This document shows positions 18,689 to 29,808 of a stretch of DNA of 64,000 nucleotides, one piece after another. The position numbers and the translations under genes are program-made. This stretch comes from an uncultured Gemmatimonadales bacterium (GTDB taxonomy: Bacteria > Gemmatimonadota > Gemmatimonadetes > Longimicrobiales > Gaopeijiaceae): the NCBI GenBank assembly GCA_963809895.1, contig CAWELD010000003.1:2880001-2944000 (forward strand), written 5' to 3'. Positions within the stretch are counted from its first letter, which is position 1; every line of letters starts with the position of its first letter. The notes under the pieces were generated by a model. It saw only the letters and a list, made by a program, of their open reading frames with translations, had not been told where the DNA came from and searched no databases.

Positions 18689-19468
18689 TCAGGCGCCGGC
18701 GGGCACCAGCGCCAATACCCGCAACGGGCTGCCGCTTCCATCGACGATCTTGAGCGGCGCCGCGACCACCACGGCCCCCTTCGCCGGTAGCTGATCCAGG
18801 TTCGTTAGGCTCGCGAGCCCGAACCTGCCGGCCCCGTGCATGAGGGTGTGGTTCGGAAACGGCGGGTCGAAGCCCCCGGCCTGACCGGCGTCGGTGCCGA
18901 TGGTCTCCACCCCGACCCCGAGCACGTCACGATCGATGAGGAGCTCGGTGGCGTCCTTGCGCATACCCGGCGAGTGCGGGCCGTCGTCGGCCACGTTCAG
19001 GAAGTCGTCCGGATCCATGCGCTTGCTCCAGTCGCTCCGCACCAGGACCCAGGAATCGGCGGGAATGCGGCCGTGGTCGGCCTCCCACGCCTCGATGCGC
19101 GCGGGCGTCAGCAGGAAGTCCGGGTCGTCGGCGACCTCCGCGGAGACGTCGATGACGCACGCGGGGCCCACGAACCGCTCCGGGGGGATCGTGTCGCAGC
19201 GGTTGTCGGGCAGATCCTTGCCCGTCACCCAGTGCACCGGCGCGTCGAAATGGGTGCCGGTGTGCTCCCCCAGGCGCAACGTGTTCCAGTACCAGCCCGG
19301 GCCTCGATCGTCGTAGCGGCTGATCTCCTCCACGGTGAGTCCCGGGGACTGCGCGAAGATGTCGGGCAATCCGATGACCGGCGTGCCCGGTCCCAGAGGT
19401 TGGGTCAGATCCACGACCCGGATGCGGCCGGCGGCGAGATCGGAGACGAGCTGGTCGAGCGAAGCCAT
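18689..19468 (-). CDS. Cyclase family metal-dependent hydrolase (kynurenine formamidase/isatin hydrolase-like)
   Basis: HTGTHFDAPVH matches HxGTHxDxPxH; C-terminal APLKIVDGSGSPLRVLA. Confidence 0.92.
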   Translation of the reverse strand: MASLDQLVSDLAAGRIRVVDLTQPLGPGTPVIGLPDIFAQSPGLTVEEISRYDDRGPGWYWNTLRLGEHTGTHFDAPVHWVTGKDLPDNRCDTIPPERFVGPACVIDVSAEVADDPDFLLTPARIEAWEADHGRIPADSWVLVRSDWSKRMDPDDFLNVADDGPHSPGMRKDATELLIDRDVLGVGVETIGTDAGQAGGFDPPFPNHTLMHGAGRFGLASLTNLDQLPAKGAVVVAAPLKIVDGSGSPLRVLALVPAGA

Positions 19469-19500
19469 GTGGTGGTCCTCGGGGATCGGATTCTGGGGGC

Positions 19501-20088
19501 TCAGCCCCGCGCGTGGGCTTGCTTGCGCTCCTGGATACAGCGCCGGAAGCGGAAGGCGTTCTCGGGCAGATGCAGGTCCATGCCGTAGTGGTCGGGCCCG
19601 GTGGCGCGCACGCGGGCGACGATGACGCTGAGGGCCTCGCGCTCCAGCGCCTCCAGAGCGGCCTCGCCGAACTCCAGCGGCGTGGCCACGTCGGCCACGT
19701 GCTCGATACCGGCTCCCCGGGCTATCGCGGCCAGGTCCGTGACACCGGAAGCGGTTTGCGAGTCGAAGCCACCGGTGGACAGCAGGCTGCCGTTGTCGAA
19801 CACGACGTGGATGAGGTTGGGTGGCCGGTAGCGCGCCAGCGTAGCCAGGGTACCCAGGTTCATGAGCACCGAGCCGTCGCCGTCCAGGACGAAGACGCGC
19901 TCGTGGGGCAGATGACGCGCCAGCCCGAGGCCGATGGACGACGCCAGACCCATGGCGTGCTGCAGATAGAAGAAATTGTCCCGGTCGCCCAGGTCGTAGA
20001 GCTCCTGGGCGCAGGCCCCCATGATGGTGACCACGAGCCGGTCTTCCAGCTCCGGATAGAGGACCTCGAGGCACTGGGCGCGTTCCAC
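19501..20088 (-). CDS. ThDP-dependent decarboxylase beta subunit (ComE/Ppd-like)
   Basis: MGLASSIGLGLA and the ThDP motif LDGDGSVLMNLG...VFDNG. Confidence 0.88.
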   Translation of the reverse strand: MERAQCLEVLYPELEDRLVVTIMGACAQELYDLGDRDNFFYLQHAMGLASSIGLGLARHLPHERVFVLDGDGSVLMNLGTLATLARYRPPNLIHVVFDNGSLLSTGGFDSQTASGVTDLAAIARGAGIEHVADVATPLEFGEAALEALEREALSVIVARVRATGPDHYGMDLHLPENAFRFRRCIQERKQAHARG

Positions 20089-20089
20089 G

Positions 20090-20599
20090 TCAGTCCTCCA
20101 TGAGGTCGCGGGTCAGGAGCAGCGCCACCGGCGACAACGAGCTCTGCGAGAAGGTGTGGGCCTCGCGGATCTGTCGGCCCACCTCGGCCGGGTCCCGGGC
20201 GTAGGCGAAGGGGATGGAGAGCGCCCTGAGCACCTCTTCGGTGACGATGCCGCCCCGCGTGTGCCAGGGATAGGGCTCCCCCCAGTGACCCCGCAGCGCG
20301 ATGAGCATGCACAGAGGCACGCTGTAGAGCTCCGCCAGCGACACGATGCCGTTGATGGCCGCCAAAAAGCCGTGGTTCTGCATGAGGAGCGCGTGGGGCT
20401 CACCGGCGAACCAGGCCCCCGCCGCCACCCCGATGGCCTCTTCCTCCTTGGCCACCTGGATCAGATCCATGTCCGGATCGTCCTCGGCCCGCTGCAGCAG
20501 GAGGCCCAGCCAGGTCTCGGGAAGCGCCGAGATCGAGCGAATGCCAGCCGCCTTGATCCCCTGGTAGACGATCTTGGAGTTGTCGTACGAGACCGGCAT
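20090..20599 (-). CDS. ThDP-dependent decarboxylase alpha subunit (ComD/Ppd-like)
   Basis: KEEEAIGVAAGAWFAG...LMQNHG, IALRG; stop lies 1 nt before the beta-subunit start. Confidence 0.85.
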   Translation of the reverse strand: MPVSYDNSKIVYQGIKAAGIRSISALPETWLGLLLQRAEDDPDMDLIQVAKEEEAIGVAAGAWFAGEPHALLMQNHGFLAAINGIVSLAELYSVPLCMLIALRGHWGEPYPWHTRGGIVTEEVLRALSIPFAYARDPAEVGRQIREAHTFSQSSLSPVALLLTRDLMED

Positions 20600-20677
20600 G
20601 CATTCGCCCCCACGGCCAGGGTTCCACGAAGGGGGCGAGGATAGAGGCAGAGGCGGGGCCGGGCAAGAGGAGAGCGG

Positions 20678-20699
20678 GTGTTTGACGCGTGTTTGACGC
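20678..20699. repeat. Perfect 11-bp tandem direct repeat in a divergent promoter region
   Basis: GTGTTTGACGC twice (20678-20688, 20689-20699). Confidence 0.8.
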
Positions 20700-20754
20700 C
20701 CGCGCGCGAACATGGGCGACCTTCACCGTTCGGTCCCGCCGCGGAGGCTCATCC

Positions 20755-21819
20755 ATGCGTCGTCCCCTGCTCGTCCTGCTGCCCCTCGTCCTCGCCACGC
20801 TCGCAGGCTGCGAAGGCCCCGACGCCGCATCCGTCGTCAGCCCAGAGCTGGCCCGGTCCAAGGGCGACCACGGCAAGCCCGGCGGGTCGGTCACCGCGCC
20901 CACCCTGGACGAGTTCTTCGTCTACGAGGGGGCCGGCGGCCAGGACTACGTCCACGTGGTGGTGGACGGGCCGGCGACCGTCATCTCGTTCAACTCGGTC
21001 TTCGACCACTTCCAGAACGGCGTGCGGGACGACGATCCCCCGTTCGACACGCACTACGAGTTCTTCCACCGCGGCTTCGCACCCGACCAGCCGCCCGAGG
21101 CTCTCGGTGACGGACGGGTCCACGTGGACATCCCCTTCGACGGCACCTTCGCCGACTACGACCCCGCCATCGACGACTACCGGCCGGCCACCTTCTTCGA
21201 CCACCCCTATCAGGATCTGGACGGCAATGGCGCCGACGCCTACGCCCTCCGCCTCGTCTGGCAGTGGGACGACGGTGGCACGCAGACGGAGAGCATGACC
21301 CCCTACTCGGTGATCGGCTCCAACGACACCGGCCTGCACGACGGGGCGACCACCTCCACCTTCGCCCGCTTCAAGGGCGCCGCGGCACCGAGCCAGGTCT
21401 ACGTCTCGGCCATGTCCGCTGCGCCGGCCCGCTGCTCCACTACCACCGTGCGCTCCGGCAAGGGGAAGAACCGCACGGAGGAGACGGTGACGCAGGTCGA
21501 CGTGGACGTGTCGTATACCCTGGGCACCTCCGGCGTGGGCGATCCTGCCGACGCCGATCCCTGGGTCGAGTTCCACCTGCAGGACGGTGATCTCCTCTCC
21601 TACCGAGCCTCCGTCATCGCCGATGCCTGGAGCGGGACCCTGACGCTGGAGCTCCCGGCCGGCTCCAACCTCGGCGACCTGCGCTTCATCGTCGACTACG
21701 TGTATCCGGACGCCGCCTGGGGTGTGTACGACCCCGGCCAGAACGACGTCACCACCGAGACCGGCCCCGACAGCGAGCCCGTGGCCTTCGTGAGTGTGGA
21801 CACCAGCGCCTGCTCGTAA
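20755..21819 (+). CDS. Hypothetical acidic lipoprotein
   Basis: GGAGG RBS, lipobox LAGC, strongly GC3-biased codons, Asp/aromatic-rich; no family recognised. Confidence 0.8.
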   Translation: MRRPLLVLLPLVLATLAGCEGPDAASVVSPELARSKGDHGKPGGSVTAPTLDEFFVYEGAGGQDYVHVVVDGPATVISFNSVFDHFQNGVRDDDPPFDTHYEFFHRGFAPDQPPEALGDGRVHVDIPFDGTFADYDPAIDDYRPATFFDHPYQDLDGNGADAYALRLVWQWDDGGTQTESMTPYSVIGSNDTGLHDGATTSTFARFKGAAAPSQVYVSAMSAAPARCSTTTVRSGKGKNRTEETVTQVDVDVSYTLGTSGVGDPADADPWVEFHLQDGDLLSYRASVIADAWSGTLTLELPAGSNLGDLRFIVDYVYPDAAWGVYDPGQNDVTTETGPDSEPVAFVSVDTSACS

Positions 21820-21978
21820 CGCCGGAGCAGACGAGGGTCTGACAGGCCGAAGCCCCGGAGCGGCGCCGCGGAACGCGCTGCCGAGCGCTGGGCCTGGTGG
21901 TGACCCTCCGCGTCGACGGTCAGCCGGGGGAGCTTGGGAGTCGTACGGGCACGGCTGGCCGTTCGGCGCGAGTCGCAC

Positions 21979-22010
21979 GGGGTGGGCGTCCGCTGAGACG
22001 CCCACCCCTT
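21979..22010. terminator. Hairpin between convergent genes
   Basis: GGGGTGGGCGTC-cgctga-GACGCCCACCCC, 12-bp perfect stem. Confidence 0.7.
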
Positions 22011-22021
22011 CGTCTATCCGA

Positions 22022-23926
<1,905 letters not shown>

Positions 23927-24149
23927 GCGCCCTCCTTGAAGGGTACGCGGATCCGAAACCGCCATGGGAGGGGGATGGCGGCGCGACCGGGACCGGCGGG
24001 TCGTCCCTGGCTTCATGCTAGGGCTCCGGGCCTTGACCTGCCAGCGTCCCGTCAGGCGCGGGGGTCGGGTCCGTGGGGCGCTTTTGAACACTCGGACGAC
24101 TGCGTGGTATGAGAGAGGGTTGGTATCTCTGTCCCTCCTTCCCGGGAAG

Positions 24150-24839
24150 ATGATGGCCCTCAGCGACTTGGCGCTCCACGAACAGATCATGCTCCTCGTC
24201 CTCACGCGCCGGGACGGCTCGCTCCTGGAGACCACCCAATACCAGTACGCCGTCGCCGGAGGGATCCTGGCGCAGCTCGTGCTGGAGGGTTACGTGGAGC
24301 TCAAGGCCGGCTCGAGCGGTCCCCTGGTGACGGTGATTCGCGAGGAGCCCACGGGGGATCCGGTCCTGGACGAAGCCCTGGAGCAACTCCGGGACGGAAC
24401 CCGCCGTGCGAGCCCACGTCGCTGGATCGGACGTTTCGCCGAAGACGAAGAGCTCCACCTGCGCGTCACGCGCCAGCTGTGCCGAAAGGGCGTCGTGGAC
24501 GAGCACCCGGGCCGTGCCAGGCTCATCTTCCTGCGCAGCGTCTACGTGGACCTGGACCCCGAAACGAAGGAATCCGTGGTCGAGCGCGTTCGCCAGGCGA
24601 TCTTCGGCGACGGTCCTGTCGACGTGCGCACCGCGGTCGTCACGGCGCTGGCCGGTGCGGGTGACGTGTTGCGCTACGTCTTCGATCCGGGCGAGGTGCT
24701 GGCTCGGGGGCCGCGCATCCGGTCGATGGTGGACAACGCCGAGACCGGCGAAGCCGTGCGCGAAGCTCTCCGCGAGGCCGAGGCGGCGGTGGTGTCGGCC
24801 ACGGACACAGCCGTCCTGGAAAGGGCCGCCGGCGTCTGA
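24150..24839 (+). CDS. GPP34 (GOLPH3/Vps74-like) family protein
   Basis: [10 protein letters not shown]...[15 protein letters not shown]...[11 protein letters not shown]...WIGRF...D-x-RTAVV-x-ALA. Confidence 0.8.
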   Translation: MMALSDLALHEQIMLLVLTRRDGSLLETTQYQYAVAGGILAQLVLEGYVELKAGSSGPLVTVIREEPTGDPVLDEALEQLRDGTRRASPRRWIGRFAEDEELHLRVTRQLCRKGVVDEHPGRARLIFLRSVYVDLDPETKESVVERVRQAIFGDGPVDVRTAVVTALAGAGDVLRYVFDPGEVLARGPRIRSMVDNAETGEAVREALREAEAAVVSATDTAVLERAAGV

Positions 24840-24872
24840 TCGCAGGCGGCCGGGTGCGGGACCCCGGTCGGG

Positions 24873-25700
24873 TCAGTAGCCCAGGTCGAACGACCGCAGG
24901 CGAAACTCCAGGGTCCGCAGCACCGGGAGCCTGGACTTGAGCATCACGAGCAGGTGCAGCGAGTCGTCGGTGAAGAAAAGCTCCGCTTCGCCACCCTGTC
25001 CGAAGAGACCCGTGGTCTGGATCGTGGGGCGAACGACGATGGTCTCGAACTGGCCGGCCGGAACCCGAACCGTCTGTTTCCGGACCACGTCCAGAACCAG
25101 GGGATTCCCATTCTCGCGGAAGTAGTCCTTCAGGACGTAACGGTTTCCGACTTCCAGGGGCAACGCCCGCACGTAGTAGACGAAGGAGATGTCGTCCAGC
25201 GGGTTCGCCGAGGGTAGTGGTCCCGACTCCCCCGCGCCCTCCTCGTCGGTGCGGCGCCACTCGCCCTCGTCGGGATAGAACTCGTAGACCTGGTGTGTAT
25301 GGGTCTTGGGTTCGTCCTGGTCCTTCTGGAACCGCAACGCCCTCATGGTGGCGGGGTCCAGCCACGACTGGAGCACGTCGTCTACGGTCACGGATCCGAA
25401 CAGGGCCGAGGCGTGCAGCTCCAGACGCACGTTGTAGACCGGCGTGCCCCGCACCGAGTCCGCCCGCACCTCCAGGATCCCCTCGCCCACGTTACCCAGG
25501 AAACCCACGTGGGCATCGTACTCCAGGCGTTCGCCGGGCCGATACGGATGATACATCCCATGGCGGGGAGGCAACGGCGTGCTGGAGCTCATGGCGCTGT
25601 CCGCTCCCCTACCATCGTTCGACTGGCCGGCGAGGGGCCCGGCCGCTGCCAGAACGGCAGCCGCTGCAAGACCGAAGGCGAGTCGTGGCAAGGAAGGCAT
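24873..25700 (-). CDS. DUF3108 family exported protein
   Basis: Signal peptide; PGERLEY...VGEG, PLDDISFVYYVRALPLEVG, VRVPAGQFETIVVRP, LFFTDD. Confidence 0.8.
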   Translation of the reverse strand: MPSLPRLAFGLAAAAVLAAAGPLAGQSNDGRGADSAMSSSTPLPPRHGMYHPYRPGERLEYDAHVGFLGNVGEGILEVRADSVRGTPVYNVRLELHASALFGSVTVDDVLQSWLDPATMRALRFQKDQDEPKTHTHQVYEFYPDEGEWRRTDEEGAGESGPLPSANPLDDISFVYYVRALPLEVGNRYVLKDYFRENGNPLVLDVVRKQTVRVPAGQFETIVVRPTIQTTGLFGQGGEAELFFTDDSLHLLVMLKSRLPVLRTLEFRLRSFDLGY

Positions 25701-25920
25701 GGTCTGCGGACGAGGGGACGAAAAGGACGGATCCGGCACTGGAAGGCGCCGCAATCGCGGGAGGGTCTTGAACACCGCGCATCCCCGCCCCGTTCCCCGC
25801 GCGCTGGACCGCCGCAGTTCCCCTTCGTGCGCCGTAGACCTATAGTCGTGGCCGCGTGGGCGGATTCGAGCCACCCTGAGATCCGCTGGACCCGCGCGGG
25901 CATCTCAACAGAGGTCGGGC

Positions 25921-27774
25921 ATGAGCGAAACCAGTACCGGAGCCGCCGGCGAACACTGGGAGTTCGCCGGGTGGGGCAAGGCGGAGCGGGTCACCGACCT
26001 GGCCCCGACTCCCCCGGAGCAGTTCACGCACCTCGACCAGCCGCACAAACACCTGCTGGGCCAATGGCGCGCCACCGCCATCTGCGGCAACGACATCACC
26101 TCCAGCGTCCTGTACGTTTCCGCGCTGTGCGCTGCCCAGGCCGGTGCGCTGGCGCCGGTCGTGCTCGTCATCGTGGCCGGCGTCCTCTTCCTCTACCGAC
26201 GCATCTACGCCGAGGTCGGAAGCGCGCTGCCACTGAACGGCGGCACGTACACGGTGCTGCTCAACACCACCAACAAGCGTCTCGCCGCGGCCGCGGCCGT
26301 ACTCACGCTGCTGTCCTACATCGCCACGGCCGTGATCAGCTCCAGCGAGGCGATGCACTACGCCCACAATCTCGCGCCCGGGCTCCCCGTGATCGCGGCG
26401 ACCGTGGGGGTGCTGGGGATCTTCGCGTTCCTGAACATCATGGGCGTCAGCGAATCGGCGATGGTGGCGCTGGGCATCTTCGTCATCCACATCCTGACGC
26501 TCACCGTGCTGGCCGTTGCGGCGAGCATCCGGGTCGTCCGCGACCCGTCGCTCCTCATGGCGAACTGGACCATGCCCGATCCCCGGGGCCTGGGGTCCGC
26601 GCTCTTTCTCGGGTTCGCAGCGGGTATGCTGGGGATCAGCGGCTTCGAGAGCTCAGCGAATTTCATCGAGGAGCAGGAACGGGGCGTTTTTCCCAAGACG
26701 TTGCGCAACATGTGGGTGGCGGTGGCCATCTTCAATCCGCTGATCAGCCTGCTCTCGCTCGGGCTACTACCGTTGCAGGAGATCCGCTCGGTGCCCCCGG
26801 ATCTGCTGGCACAGATGGGCACCCAGTCGGTGTCGCCCTGGCTCGGCCGCTGGGTGAGCCTCGACGCGGTCCTGGTCCTGTCGGGTGCCGTGCTCACCAG
26901 CTTCGTCGGCGTCACCGGCCTCGTCCGCCGCATGAGCCTGGATCAATGCCTGCCCCAGATCCTGCTACGGGAGAACCGCTGGCGAGGCACGAACCACTGG
27001 ATCATTCTCGGCTTCTTCGCCCTGTGCACCTCCATCCTCTTCGTGACCCGGGGCGACATCTCGACGTTGGCCGGCGTCTACACGCTCTCGTTCCTGAGCG
27101 TCATGGCGCTCTTCGCCATCGGCAACATGCTGCTCAAGCGCCGCCGGGCTCGCCTGCCCCGGGCGGTACGCGCGAGCTGGCCGGGCGTGGTGTTCGCCCT
27201 GGCCGCGGTGCTGGCCGGCATCATCGGCAACGTCCAGCTCAACCCGCACAACGTGGAGGTCTTCTCCATCTACTTCGTGGTGGCGGCGCTGGCCGTGGCG
27301 CTCATGTTCATCAGACGGGAGCTCCTGCGGGGGATTCTCGGCGCGTCGAGCGCCGTGGTGGAGCGCGTGCGAGACGTCAACGAGCGGGTGCGGGGATTCG
27401 TCACCGGCAAGCTGGACGAGATCAACCGCATGGGCGTCATCTACTTCACCAAGGGCGACGACGCCGCCATCCTGAATCGCGCGGCGCTCTACGTGCGGAC
27501 CAACGAACAGACGAACCGAATGCGCGTGGTGCACGTGTTCGAGAACGAGAAGGACATCCCCGCGCACCTGGCGGAGCAGCTCTCGGAGATCGACCACCTC
27601 TATCCCGAGCTACGCATCGACTTCGTGGCGGTGAAGGGCACCTTCGGACCCGCCATCATCGAGAGTCTGTCGCGGCGCTACCGGGTACCCAAGAACCTCA
27701 TGTTCATCGGCACGCCGGGCGACCGCTTCCCCCATCGCATCTCGGAGCTGGGGGGAGTGCGGGTGATTCTCTAG
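25921..27774 (+). CDS. APC family amino acid permease with C-terminal soluble domain
   Basis: ATAICGNDITSSVLYV TM1, PLNGGTY, GISGFESSANF; multiple TMs followed by a hydrophilic tail. Confidence 0.92.
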   Translation: MSETSTGAAGEHWEFAGWGKAERVTDLAPTPPEQFTHLDQPHKHLLGQWRATAICGNDITSSVLYVSALCAAQAGALAPVVLVIVAGVLFLYRRIYAEVGSALPLNGGTYTVLLNTTNKRLAAAAAVLTLLSYIATAVISSSEAMHYAHNLAPGLPVIAATVGVLGIFAFLNIMGVSESAMVALGIFVIHILTLTVLAVAASIRVVRDPSLLMANWTMPDPRGLGSALFLGFAAGMLGISGFESSANFIEEQERGVFPKTLRNMWVAVAIFNPLISLLSLGLLPLQEIRSVPPDLLAQMGTQSVSPWLGRWVSLDAVLVLSGAVLTSFVGVTGLVRRMSLDQCLPQILLRENRWRGTNHWIILGFFALCTSILFVTRGDISTLAGVYTLSFLSVMALFAIGNMLLKRRRARLPRAVRASWPGVVFALAAVLAGIIGNVQLNPHNVEVFSIYFVVAALAVALMFIRRELLRGILGASSAVVERVRDVNERVRGFVTGKLDEINRMGVIYFTKGDDAAILNRAALYVRTNEQTNRMRVVHVFENEKDIPAHLAEQLSEIDHLYPELRIDFVAVKGTFGPAIIESLSRRYRVPKNLMFIGTPGDRFPHRISELGGVRVIL

Positions 27775-28073
27775 CGAGGCAGGGAGATCTCGGGCTCGTC
27801 GGGGAACGGGCGGTAGAGCACCATGGTGCGACCGATGGTCTGCACCACGTGCACGTCTTCGAGGCTGTCCCGGATGGCATCGGCCGCCTCGTCCACGTCC
27901 ACGGGAGCCCCCATCAGGACCTTGAGCTTCACAAGCTCCCGGGTGTTGAAGGCCTCCTCCACGCTACGGAGCACGGCCGCGGTCACACCGTCGCCGCCCA
28001 CCTGGAAGACCGGCTTCAGCCGTTGGGCGAGCGAGCGCAGGTGGGCGCGCTGCTTCGACGTGAGGGTCGTCAT
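27771..28073 (-). CDS. yhbY: YhbY/CRM RNA-binding protein
   Basis: LTSKQRAHLRSLAQRLKPVFQVGGDGV...ELVKLKV...VQTIGRTMVLYR. Confidence 0.92.
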   Translation of the reverse strand: MTTLTSKQRAHLRSLAQRLKPVFQVGGDGVTAAVLRSVEEAFNTRELVKLKVLMGAPVDVDEAADAIRDSLEDVHVVQTIGRTMVLYRPFPDEPEISLPR

Positions 28074-28082
28074 GGCGGACGC

Positions 28083-28358
28083 CTATTCGAAGCCCGCGTA
28101 GGCCGCGTCCAGATCCTCTTTCGAGAGGATCCGGAACGCCACGTGCGTCTCCGTGCGCTCGAGCCCTTCCACCGCGGTGATCTTCTCCGTCACCACCTCG
28201 GCGATTTCGTCCCACTCGGCGACCCGCACCATGGCGACGAGGTCCCATTCGCCCGTGACGGAGTACACCTCGGCCACCCCCTCGAATCCCGCGATGCTGC
28301 GAGCAGCATGAGGGACCTTCTCGGGTTGGCAGCGAATCATGACCAGAGCGACGAACAT
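28083..28358 (-). CDS. Stand-alone Lrp/AsnC ligand-binding domain protein
   Basis: GVAEVYSVTGEWDLVAMVRV...VEGLERTETHVAF; no HTH. Confidence 0.88.
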   Translation of the reverse strand: MFVALVMIRCQPEKVPHAARSIAGFEGVAEVYSVTGEWDLVAMVRVAEWDEIAEVVTEKITAVEGLERTETHVAFRILSKEDLDAAYAGFE

Positions 28359-28540
28359 GCATTCCCCCTGAGCGAGACCCGTGCGCGGTCAGTGCGCCGC
28401 GCATCCCGCGAGAAACCTGACGAAAGCCGGGCCCCGGGGCAAAGGGGCGGCGGGTCCGGCCGTTGGCATCCGGGTGAAATGCGCCTAACATGGTTGGGAT
28501 CGGCCCTCCCGAACACAGGTTCCCGATTCCGGAGGCGAAT

Positions 28541-28918
28541 GTGAGGAAGCCGGCCTTCACCGCCCTGCTCGTCCTGACAATGGCTGCCTGCGCATCGCCA
28601 GGCACACCGCGGGCGTCCAGACCCAACCCCGACCTCATCACGCGAGCCGAGATCGAAGAGGCCGGGCCCTCGTCGGCCTACGACCTGATCCAGAAGCTGC
28701 GCCCCACCTGGCTGCGCAAGCGTGGCAACACGAGCTTCACCCAGGACACGGATCTCGTGGTCTATCTGGACGGCACGCGCATGGGCAACCGGGACGCGCT
28801 CCGCAACGTGTCCACCAACTACATCCAGTCCATCGAGTACCTGGACAGCCGCCGGGCGACGAACCGGTTCGGAACGGGCCATGTCGCCGGAGCGATCTTG
28901 ATCCACACGGGGAACTGA
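28541..28918 (+). CDS. Small lipoprotein consisting of a TonB-receptor plug-like domain only
   Basis: GGAGG RBS plus GTG, lipobox MAAC, LITRAEI, VVYLDG, IQSIEYL...ATNRFGTGHVAGAILIHT. Confidence 0.75.
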   Translation: MRKPAFTALLVLTMAACASPGTPRASRPNPDLITRAEIEEAGPSSAYDLIQKLRPTWLRKRGNTSFTQDTDLVVYLDGTRMGNRDALRNVSTNYIQSIEYLDSRRATNRFGTGHVAGAILIHTGN

Positions 28919-28944
28919 GCCAGCAGTCCGTTTCTGGAGAGCCC

Positions 28945-29808
28945 ATGCCCATCGAGCACATCTCGGACACCGCCCGCTGGGTGGCAGTGTACCGGGCCAT
29001 GGAAACCGAGCGGCCCGACGCCATCTTCCGGGATCCTTTCGCCCGGCGCCTGGCGGGCGCGCGGGGCGAAGAGATCGTCGAGGGAATCAAGCGCGGACGA
29101 TCCATCGCCTGGTCCATGATCGTGCGCACCGCGCTCTTCGACGAGATCCTGATGCGGGTGCTCGGCGAGGCGAAGGTGGAACTGGTGCTCAACCTGGCGG
29201 CGGGGCTCGACGCCCGGCCCTGGCGCCTGGATCTGCCGGAGTCGCTGCGCTGGGTGGATGCGGACCTCCCGGGCATCCTGGACTACAAGCTCGACGCCCT
29301 CCGCGACGAGACCCCCCGCTGCGACTACGAGGGCGTGCGCATCGATCTCAGGGAGCGCGAGCCGCGGCGGGAGCTCTTCGCCCGCCTGGCCGAGAACAGC
29401 CGCTCGACCCTGGTGTTGACCGAGGGGCTCCTGCTCTACCTCGAGCCGGAATCGGTAGGAGAGCTGGCCAGCGACCTGGCGGCAGAGAAGGGCTTCCACT
29501 CGTGGATCATCGATCTGGCCAATCCCCGCCTCCTGAAGATGATGCTCCGCTGGATGGGCAAGACCACGTCGGCCGGGGGCGCCGAGTTCCGGTTCGCGCC
29601 CGCCGAGGGCACCGGCTTCTTCGCGCGCTTCGGCTGGCGCGAGGCCGAGTATCGCTCCATGTGGGACGAGTCGCAGCGCCTGAAGCGCGAGATGCGGGGG
29701 GCCTGGCTGTGGCGCTTCCTCAGCCGCTTCTCGTCCCAGCGCCGGCGCGAAGAGGCCCGCCGGATGTCGGGCGTGGTGCTCCTGCAGCGGGAGGGCGAGG
29801 TCGGCTGA
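28945..29808 (+). CDS. SAM-dependent methyltransferase (leucine carboxyl methyltransferase-like)
   Basis: ISDTARWVAVYRA, FRDPFARRLAG, NLAAGLDARPWRL, TEGLLLYL. Confidence 0.9.
   Translation: MPIEHISDTARWVAVYRAMETERPDAIFRDPFARRLAGARGEEIVEGIKRGRSIAWSMIVRTALFDEILMRVLGEAKVELVLNLAAGLDARPWRLDLPESLRWVDADLPGILDYKLDALRDETPRCDYEGVRIDLREREPRRELFARLAENSRSTLVLTEGLLLYLEPESVGELASDLAAEKGFHSWIIDLANPRLLKMMLRWMGKTTSAGGAEFRFAPAEGTGFFARFGWREAEYRSMWDESQRLKREMRGAWLWRFLSRFSSQRRREEARRMSGVVLLQREGEVG

Noticed and set aside
19501..20599. Phosphonate or coenzyme M biosynthetic cluster
   Set aside because: No pepM, comA/B/C or aminotransferase nearby.
25293..28544. 1083-aa ORF and other very long alternative-frame ORFs (e.g. 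33634..36480, 21794..24112, 42376..44607, 10275..12341)
   Set aside because: Arg/Pro/Gly-rich or antisense shadows of well-supported genes, as expected at this GC content.
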